Virus record (IMG/VR): IMGVR_UViG_3300007153_000001 | Coordinates: 1 to 5,449 of that record | Length of the DNA stretch: 5,449 nucleotides | Direction: 5' to 3' (one strand) | DNA from: a virus | Shown: piece by piece, positions 1-4,942 of the stretch | Layout: each line of letters begins with the position of its first letter | Position numbering within the stretch: the first letter of the stretch is position 1 | The notes under the pieces: model-generated | Seen by the model: only the letters and a program-made list of their open reading frames with translations | The model's database searches: none | What the model was told of the DNA's origin: nothing | Program-made: the position numbers and the translations under genes

Positions 1-331
1 GGAAGGCGCCGGGATCGTTGCCGAAGCGGTCACGGATTGAGGATGGTAGCTGATCGAAGAGATCTTGTGCCTCGATGATGAAGTTCATATGGGACTGGAA
101 GTCCATTTCAGAGACGTCAAGCCATTGGGCGTTGCCCTGGTTGAGTACCGGTAGTTCACCGGTAGATTGGTAACGGGCCATGATGGTATTGATATCGCAT
201 TCGTCCTTAAAGGACTGGTCAGTAACGTCAGAGTTTTCCGGGAATTCCATTGAGACAATCAATTTTTCAGAAGAGTAAGATCTAAAGAGTTTTGGAGTGT
301 GTAGTTTAGGTGAATTTCCGTACATGCTCAT
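1..331 (-). CDS. VP3: VP3 internal scaffolding protein, truncated duplicate. Only the N-terminal ~110 codons are present because the window start cuts off the 3' end.
   Basis: Matches 4612..4942, the 5' part of the full VP3 CDS at 4475..4942. It is not an independent gene. Confidence 0.85.
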   Translation of the reverse strand, partial: MSMYGNSPKLHTPKLFRSYSSEKLIVSMEFPENSDVTDQSFKDECDINTIMARYQSTGELPVLNQGNAQWLDVSEMDFQSHMNFIIEAQDLFDQLPSSIRDRFGNDPGAF

Positions 332-363
332 AATAGTGGCCCTGTAGTTTCGCCTTAGCCGCA

Positions 364-380
364 CCGGAAAGGATTTCCGG
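364..380 (-). other. Small perfect hairpin in the 67-nt VP2-VP3 spacer, also present at 4975..4991.
   Basis: ccggaaa (364..370), loop gga (371..373), tttccgg (374..380) form a 7-bp inverted repeat. It lies between the VP2 stop (399..401) and the VP3 ATG (331). No U-tract follows in viral sense. Confidence 0.3.
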
Positions 381-398
381 CACGTCAAAGGCGATAGA

Positions 399-1415
399 TT
401 ATTTAACAAGTTGACGTAGTGAGTTAAGTAGTTGAAGAGTACCGGAGGCAGAGCCACCGGATTGGTTGATAAGGTTATTCCAATATTGTTGATCTTGAAT
501 AGATATGTCTCCTTTCACTTTAAGTTCACGGAAGACTTGTTTTAGATTTTCAGTAGTTTGTTTAACTTGAGCAGTTTGGGCATCAGTAAGTTTGCCAGTT
601 TTAGGAATATTATCGCGAAGCTCTTTGAGGTTTTGAATTTCAGTAGCAATTTTAAGAGATTGGTCACGGTTAAGCCGTGCCCTGGTAGCGTTGAGATCGA
701 TGTTGGATTTAGCCACATCGGTTTGAGCGCCTGTAAGTTCAGTATCGGCGCGAGTTTTAACAGTTTGAGCAGAGGTTAACGCGGTTTGCGCAGTACTGAG
801 ATAGTTCGTCTGAGCGTTGGTATTGAGCGCGTTTGCCATGGTTTTGAAGGCTTCAAGGGCGGAGCTGACCGCGTCGCCTTCGGAGCGGACTGGGGCGGTT
901 TGGACGGAGCCTTGTGCTCCCGAAGGCGTCGAAGCGCCCATGCCACCAGTGCCTGATAGGATCGGATTAAGGCCCGCTGCGCGGAGGTCGTATACCTCGC
1001 GTTGGTGTGCGGAATCCGACATTTGGCGTTGCCAAGACATTTGACGTTCGGCGTTGTATTGAGACTGTGCATTGGCAGCATCGGCAATTTCCTTGGCTGA
1101 GGCGTTCTGCATTTGAATGCCCTGGAGGGAACGCATATACGCCAGATCGGACGCATCATCCGCCTGGCCGAGTAAGTACTTTTGATTACGAGATGACATG
1201 TATTGATTGAGGGCGGAACCGCCCATCTCGCCTAACAGTGAACCCCAGTCAATACCCTGACTGTCTTCACCGCCGCCGAGCATCTTGCCGGCCATCGAAC
1301 CTAACGAACCGCCAACGGCGGTGCCCACACCTGGTGATATCCACGTACCAATGGCAGACCCTATTGCAGGGGCTGCCTTGGATACCAGGTTCTTTACACC
1401 TGAAAAGAGGCCCAT
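399..1415 (-). CDS. VP2: VP2 minor capsid / DNA pilot protein, 338 aa.
   Basis: ATG at 1415..1413, TAA at 401..399. A GAGGTG Shine-Dalgarno sits at 1425..1420 and overlaps the VP1 stop. The N-terminus is Gly-rich and hydrophobic. The motif SAHQREVYDLRAAGLNPILS (954..1013) matches what I recall as the hallmark of gokushovirus VP2. The C-terminal half is Q/T/A/K-rich and looks like coiled coil. The gene sits immediately downstream of VP1. Confidence 0.92.
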   Translation of the reverse strand: MGLFSGVKNLVSKAAPAIGSAIGTWISPGVGTAVGGSLGSMAGKMLGGGEDSQGIDWGSLLGEMGGSALNQYMSSRNQKYLLGQADDASDLAYMRSLQGIQMQNASAKEIADAANAQSQYNAERQMSWQRQMSDSAHQREVYDLRAAGLNPILSGTGGMGASTPSGAQGSVQTAPVRSEGDAVSSALEAFKTMANALNTNAQTNYLSTAQTALTSAQTVKTRADTELTGAQTDVAKSNIDLNATRARLNRDQSLKIATEIQNLKELRDNIPKTGKLTDAQTAQVKQTTENLKQVFRELKVKGDISIQDQQYWNNLINQSGGSASGTLQLLNSLRQLVK

Positions 1416-1423
1416 GGGACACC

Positions 1424-3010
1424 TCAGAAGTGGTCGATAAGCCCAGGAACGCCGTATACGGGCATAGGACGCGTGCAGCGCATTTTAAAGTAGGAATCGA
1501 ACAGGAAGTGCGGTTCGGTCGCTACAGCGATCACACGGTCGATTGGAGGGTCTTCCTGTATGAAGGCCGAGTTAAGGACCGGTGCCGTAGTGAATTTTTG
1601 TGCCAGGTGCCAGGCATCGAGCGGTTGAGCAGCTGTCGAACGAAACAGGCCGGTGATCATCGACGGCTTGTAGCGGTACTCGGCAAATCGCTCCTGGTAA
1701 CCGAAGACTTTCGTATCGTTGGCCGGAACACCGTCGGTGTAGATTTCCTGCTGCAGTACGGCCTGTTCGCCAATGTGCGATAGCGCGGGCAAGTAGAAAT
1801 CGAACCGGGTGCGACGTTTCCACATGCGGTTCAGCCCTTGCTGATAGTTAAGATCTGCACGCACAGAAACAAAGCCCATGAGAACGCAATGCTCAGTAAA
1901 CGAGGCGGTAAAACCATGGCCAGAAAAACCAGCAGTGCCGTAAGCAGCAAGATTGCCTTGAGGGCTTTCCGTATCAGTCTGAGAAGTTTGCGGAACAGGT
2001 TGAATATTAACCGGAGAAGAACCACCGCCTAAGTACTCGGGGCGTTGCAGACGAGCGTCAGGACTAGTGACGCCGAAATGAGAGCGAATAAGCTCAGTAT
2101 AGCGAGTACCACCTCGAGCATCTCTTTCATATATTTTCTGTATTTGGAAGGCTTGGCGAAGGGAGTTAATTGTGGCCGCGGTTGCTTTAGACAAATCAAC
2201 TTGCAATGAAGGGTTGATATAACCAGCTGGACCGAAAGTTACCCCAGTTTGATCAGGCGTGACGGTTACACCGTCATAACCGATACGGTTAGTCCCGGTG
2301 GTGGTGGAATAGGTCAGATTATGCGGCGTACCGGAACCCGTTTGAAAGGTCTGGATAAACGCACCGGTACCGATGACTGGGGCTGTGGTGCCCAGCGGGA
2401 TAGAGACACCCGGACCTTTTTGTGGCCATGGCAAGCAGCTGGTGAAGTAGTCATGTCTCTTACCGCGACGTTTAAGAACATAGTCAGTTGCCGGATCGGG
2501 ACCGTCACCAGTGTTGACTGTAAGCGAGGTCTGTAGGTTTTCATCGCGGTACCACTCATTCCAGATGAGGTTGTAGGCACGATGCCAAAGCGCAGAAACC
2601 GAAACACCGGCGATCTTAGTAGGTAGTCCGAAGTAATCTTCGAGAGATCCTTCCGTCCAACCACCCGCAGGCGCGACAACCTGGGGAATAAGGAAGTCAA
2701 TGGAATCACCTGGATTGCGTTGTTCACCATTGAACCGTTGCCAGTTATCCCAAACCAGACGTACCGGCACTGAGAAGAACTGGGTGTCCATGAACATGTT
2801 ATCCATGAGTGGGAATATCGGCGTAGCGAGGCGGGCAAAGGCAGACATATTGAGCTGGAATGTATCACCGGGTAATGCCTCGTCGACAAAGATCGGAATT
2901 AAGATACCACCGTCAAAGGTGGTTTTATGACCGTGAGAACGGTCGAAGCTGGAGCGCGGAATTTCGGCAGAAGGCACCCGCGCAAATTGATGGGTCATTA
3001 CTGATTTCAT
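1424..3010 (-). CDS. VP1: VP1 major capsid protein (Microviridae F-type jelly-roll capsid), 528 aa.
   Basis: ATG at 3010..3008, TGA at 1426..1424, GAGGT 9 nt upstream (3024..3020). The N-terminus ...FARVPSAEIPRSSFDRSHGHKTTFDGGILIPIFVDEALPGDTF and the internal ATINSLRQAFQIQKIYERDARGGTRYTELI are blocks I recall as conserved in gokushovirus VP1. The size is typical for this protein. Confidence 0.97.
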   Translation of the reverse strand: MKSVMTHQFARVPSAEIPRSSFDRSHGHKTTFDGGILIPIFVDEALPGDTFQLNMSAFARLATPIFPLMDNMFMDTQFFSVPVRLVWDNWQRFNGEQRNPGDSIDFLIPQVVAPAGGWTEGSLEDYFGLPTKIAGVSVSALWHRAYNLIWNEWYRDENLQTSLTVNTGDGPDPATDYVLKRRGKRHDYFTSCLPWPQKGPGVSIPLGTTAPVIGTGAFIQTFQTGSGTPHNLTYSTTTGTNRIGYDGVTVTPDQTGVTFGPAGYINPSLQVDLSKATAATINSLRQAFQIQKIYERDARGGTRYTELIRSHFGVTSPDARLQRPEYLGGGSSPVNIQPVPQTSQTDTESPQGNLAAYGTAGFSGHGFTASFTEHCVLMGFVSVRADLNYQQGLNRMWKRRTRFDFYLPALSHIGEQAVLQQEIYTDGVPANDTKVFGYQERFAEYRYKPSMITGLFRSTAAQPLDAWHLAQKFTTAPVLNSAFIQEDPPIDRVIAVATEPHFLFDSYFKMRCTRPMPVYGVPGLIDHF

Positions 3011-3282
3011 GATTCGTCTACCTCAGGGATCATCATATTGATGTGATTAGAAGCAACGGTTAGATACTCAGAATGCGGGTATATATCAAAATTACCCGTT
3101 TCGTTGTCAAAGGTGCCAAGTATGTACAAAGCATAATCAGAAGGGTAACGATTAAATTCGCAGTTAGGATCATTGCAAACATATGCAAAATCCCTAATAG
3201 CGGCTTCTTTGCGAATATTATAAAAAGGCGCGCTATATAGCTGCGTCTTAACATCATAAACGGAGAAGATATAGTTAATCAT
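3007..3282 (-). CDS. VP5: VP5-like small non-structural protein, 91 aa. In gokushoviruses VP5 is thought to act in ssDNA synthesis or packaging, like phiX protein C.
   Basis: ATG at 3282..3280 overlaps the VP4 stop (viral-sense ATGATTAA). Its TGA overlaps the VP1 ATG (ATGA at 3010..3007). It sits between VP4 and VP1, where VP5 lies. The pattern FSVYDVKTQLYSAPF...AIRDF...NDPN...YPSDYALYILGTFDNETGNF resembles the VP5 consensus as I remember it. Confidence 0.72.
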   Translation of the reverse strand: MINYIFSVYDVKTQLYSAPFYNIRKEAAIRDFAYVCNDPNCEFNRYPSDYALYILGTFDNETGNFDIYPHSEYLTVASNHINMMIPEVDES

Positions 3283-4210
3283 CGTGAAGTTCCCGTTTGA
3301 GTAAGTTTACCTGAGCTTGTTTTATTTCTTCACGCACCGCGAGCCGTTCGCGGGTGTTGTCTTCCTTACGTTTTAACGCATCCGCTTTGCGTTTTTCTTT
3401 AATTTCCTCTAACCAGTCAGGGTTAATCTGTTCGAGTTTGCGATCATAGTACTTAGGAACTGGCGTTTCTTTCCCTTCGACAATACAAGAATCTCGCAAG
3501 TACATCGTTTGATAGTGTTGTTCGAAATGAGCCAGTCCGAGACCGTTACTGCAAGCCATGTATTCTTTTTCAACTTGAACAATTTCGCCGGTCTCGGTGT
3601 TAACACGTTTGTAGTGTTCAATTGCATTCTCTCCGTTCACTTTTTTAAGGCAATAACGAGCAGTATAACCAGCAGACTTATGAGTAACAGAGCCGATGTA
3701 ACAATTACCCATACCCCAAAGGGAATCGAGTTTAGGAGAGACATAGAGGCGTTCGCCTTTTTTAGTTACCTTGTGGAATTTCTTATCGGCAAAGTCTAGA
3801 CCAAAGACAATGGCGTGATAGTGGGCACGTTGCGTATTCCCACCATATTCACCGCACATGTAGTATTTAAGATTGCCCGCACCAGGGTTGTAATAATGGT
3901 GATATTTGCGGAGGCGTTTCATGAAGAGCTGGAAGTGAGTCTTATCCAGCGAGCCGTTTTTCGGCAGGAAGTGGTTGTTATAAGTAAAGGTCAGAAAGCA
4001 GGCTAAATCGTGATGAGGTCTTTCGTGCATTAATCGAGTGGCCCAGGAGCGCGCATTGTCTAAGCGGCAGCCCACACAGTTCTTGCAGGGTATCTGCATT
4101 TCTGTGCCGTACATGCCCTTGGCCTTGGAGAAGACGAGCGGAAATTTACCGTTCGCGTTGGGGTGACGGGCTCTCCAGACCGTCACCGGGTGATAGCAGG
4201 GCATTTCCAT
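3275..4210 (-). CDS. VP4: VP4 rolling-circle replication initiator (HUH endonuclease, phiX gpA-like), 311 aa.
   Basis: ATG at 4210..4208, TAA at 3277..3275. RCR motif 1 is FLTFTY (3980..3997). The HUH motif is HYHAIVF (3803..3823, checked codon by codon). The two-tyrosine catalytic motif is YTARYCLKK (3641..3667). The N-terminal IPCKNCVGCRLDNARSWA block with its Cys cluster is typical of gokushovirus VP4. Confidence 0.96.
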   Translation of the reverse strand: MEMPCYHPVTVWRARHPNANGKFPLVFSKAKGMYGTEMQIPCKNCVGCRLDNARSWATRLMHERPHHDLACFLTFTYNNHFLPKNGSLDKTHFQLFMKRLRKYHHYYNPGAGNLKYYMCGEYGGNTQRAHYHAIVFGLDFADKKFHKVTKKGERLYVSPKLDSLWGMGNCYIGSVTHKSAGYTARYCLKKVNGENAIEHYKRVNTETGEIVQVEKEYMACSNGLGLAHFEQHYQTMYLRDSCIVEGKETPVPKYYDRKLEQINPDWLEEIKEKRKADALKRKEDNTRERLAVREEIKQAQVNLLKRELHDD

Positions 4211-4327
4211 TTAGAGCCGGATACCGCCACGCATCGGCGCGGCACGGAAATTTTTCTTGTGGGATCGACTGGCAGTTTTGCTGAATAAACGGCGCGATTT
4301 CTTGTTGGATAACGAGTGGCGTTTCAT
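4211..4327 (-). CDS. ORF8: ORF8-like small basic DNA-binding/packaging peptide (phiX J analogue), 38 aa: MKRHSLSNKKSRRLFSKTASRSHKKNFRAAPMRGGIRL.
   Basis: Translated by hand and absent from the ORF track because it is below the length cutoff. ATG at 4327..4325. GAGG sits about 10 nt upstream (viral sense TTCGAGGTCCATCGCCATG). The TAA at 4213..4211 directly abuts the VP4 ATG (TAAATG). It has 13 K/R, 2 H and no acidic residues. The C-terminal PMRGGIRL resembles the ending I recall for gokushovirus ORF8/VP8 peptides. Confidence 0.8.
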   Translation of the reverse strand: MKRHSLSNKKSRRLFSKTASRSHKKNFRAAPMRGGIRL

Positions 4328-4371
4328 GGCGATGGACCTCGAAGAGCAGGATTATTAGTAGTGCAATGGCG

Positions 4372-4406
4372 GACATAATCGTAGTCCTTGAGAGTGACAA
4401 AAGCAA
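4372..4406 (-). promoter_or_regulatory. Candidate sigma70-like promoter(s) driving ORF8-VP4-VP5-VP1-VP2.
   Basis: In viral sense there are two options: TTGTCA (4400..4395), 17 nt, TATGTC (4377..4372), or TTGCTT (4406..4401), 17 nt, TACGAT (4383..4378). Both -10 elements are weak. Position upstream of the gene chain is the main argument. Confidence 0.2.
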
Positions 4407-4419
4407 AAGCTTGGTGTCA

Positions 4420-4453
4420 CTGGGGGTATTGAGAACAAGGAGGTTACCCCCAG
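4420..4453 (-). other. Strong stem-loop with a 9-bp perfect G/C-rich stem and a 16-nt loop.
   Basis: ctgggggta (4420..4428) pairs with tacccccag (4445..4453); every pair was checked. A second 7-bp stem (4393..4399 with 4415..4421) abuts it and competes for bases 4420..4421. A palindrome GCGGCGCCGC lies at 4460..4469. Confidence 0.7.
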
Positions 4454-4474
4454 AGAGCGGCGGCGCCGCGTATT

Positions 4475-4942
4475 TTAAGAGCCGGAGCCGGTTTCACCGG
4501 CTGGAGCTTTCGGCGGCTCTTTCGGGTAGAGAACCCGGTCAGTGGCCTCGGGCGTGAGTAAGCCCATTTTGGCGATTTCGACAGTATTTGCCTCGTCGGA
4601 GCAGAAGCCGAGGAAGGCGCCGGGATCGTTGCCGAAGCGGTCACGGATTGAGGATGGTAGCTGATCGAAGAGATCTTGTGCCTCGATGATGAAGTTCATA
4701 TGGGACTGGAAGTCCATTTCAGAGACGTCAAGCCATTGGGCGTTGCCCTGGTTGAGTACCGGTAGTTCACCGGTAGATTGGTAACGGGCCATGATGGTAT
4801 TGATATCGCATTCGTCCTTAAAGGACTGGTCAGTAACGTCAGAGTTTTCCGGGAATTCCATTGAGACAATCAATTTTTCAGAAGAGTAAGATCTAAAGAG
4901 TTTTGGAGTGTGTAGTTTAGGTGAATTTCCGTACATGCTCAT
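4475..4942 (-). CDS. VP3: VP3 internal scaffolding protein, 155 aa from the ATG at 4942. The track ORF extends to a GTG at 5068 (197 aa).
   Basis: TAA at 4477..4475. FRSYSSEK...DQSFKDECDINTIMARYQSTGELP...DFQSHMNFIIEAQDLFDQLPSSIRDRFGNDPGAFLGF matches the gokushovirus (Chlamydia-phage type) scaffold pattern as I recall it. The 5068 start is GTG (plus-strand cac) and would overlap VP2 by 59 nt. ATGs at 4942 and 4936 give the usual ~150 aa size. Confidence 0.88.
   Translation of the reverse strand: MSMYGNSPKLHTPKLFRSYSSEKLIVSMEFPENSDVTDQSFKDECDINTIMARYQSTGELPVLNQGNAQWLDVSEMDFQSHMNFIIEAQDLFDQLPSSIRDRFGNDPGAFLGFCSDEANTVEIAKMGLLTPEATDRVLYPKEPPKAPAGETGSGS

Larger units (their letters stand above)
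1..838. repeat. Left copy of the terminal redundancy, matching 4612..5449. It marks a circular 4611-nt genome run past its start.
   Basis: Base 1 aligns to base 4612 (offset 4611). Lines compared by eye at the start, middle and end of the repeat show no mismatch. The track ORFs 558..779 and 5169..5390 translate identically, and so does the VP2 C-terminus. The repeat boundaries fall inside coding sequence (VP3 and VP2), not at gene ends. Confidence 0.96.
4328..4474 (-). promoter_or_regulatory. Main non-coding region of the genome, 147 nt, between the VP3 stop and the ORF8 start. It is the candidate control region for promoter, terminator and strand-origin structures.
   Basis: It is the only gap longer than 70 nt between supported CDSs. 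It contains a 10-nt GC palindrome, two adjacent stem-loops, T-tracts, an AT-rich TACTAATAAT block and -35/-10-like hexamers. Confidence 0.6.

Noticed and set aside
1-838. The 838-nt direct repeats could be read as LTR-like or terminal repeats of a mobile element or a tandem duplication.
   Set aside because: The repeat edges fall inside the VP3 and VP2 reading frames, and the right copy ends exactly at the window end. Circularising yields one intact copy of every gene. This is the signature of a circular genome over-run, not of a biological terminal repeat.
776-2889. Minus-strand alternate-frame ORFs inside VP2 and VP1: 776..1159 (127 aa), 1572..1823 (83 aa) and 2314..2889 (191 aa).
   Set aside because: Their Arg/Pro/Ser-rich, low-complexity translations are typical of off-frame reading of real genes. 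They have no motifs and no ribosome-binding sites. Length alone is not convincing given the strong VP1 and VP2 signals in the main frame.
3060-3627. Minus-strand alternate-frame ORFs inside VP5 and VP4: 3060..3257 (65 aa) and 3409..3627 (72 aa).
   Set aside because: They are off-frame to confidently called genes, and I see no Shine-Dalgarno or recognisable domain. The hydrophobicity of 3060..3257 is plausibly a codon-position artefact.
4351-4367. Viral-sense TTGCACTACTAATAATCC resembles the AT-rich phiX174 origin core (CAACTTGATATTAATAAC).
   Set aside because: The similarity is essentially a shared TAATAA in low-complexity AT-rich sequence, and the flanks do not align well. It is not enough to call an origin or nick site.
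4437-4460. A perfect plus-strand Shine-Dalgarno AAGGAGGT suggested a plus-strand gene.
   Set aside because: No ATG, GTG or TTG lies within a usable distance downstream on the plus strand, and nothing else supports plus-strand coding. It is treated instead as an anti-SD-like loop on the viral strand.
4486-4502. A 6-bp hairpin (agccgg-tttca-ccggct) near the VP3 stop looked like a possible terminator.
   Set aside because: It lies inside the VP3 coding sequence, the stem is short, and no U-tract follows in viral sense.
558-4557. Plus-strand ORFs at 558..779, 817..1044, 1007..1210, 1238..1783, 1838..2032, 2249..2536, 2700..2930, 3509..3799, 3815..4006 and 4366..4557, plus the duplicate at 5169..5390.
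   Set aside because: All lie antisense to well-supported minus-strand genes. Their composition is typical of shadow frames (R/P/C/W-rich) with no recognisable motifs. Microviridae transcribe only one strand.
4444-4644. A 66-aa basic ORF overlapping the VP3 3' end and running into the intergenic region.
   Set aside because: It is an alternate frame of VP3 with Pro/Ser/Arg-rich shadow-frame composition. The genuine small basic protein is the ORF8-like peptide at 4211..4327.
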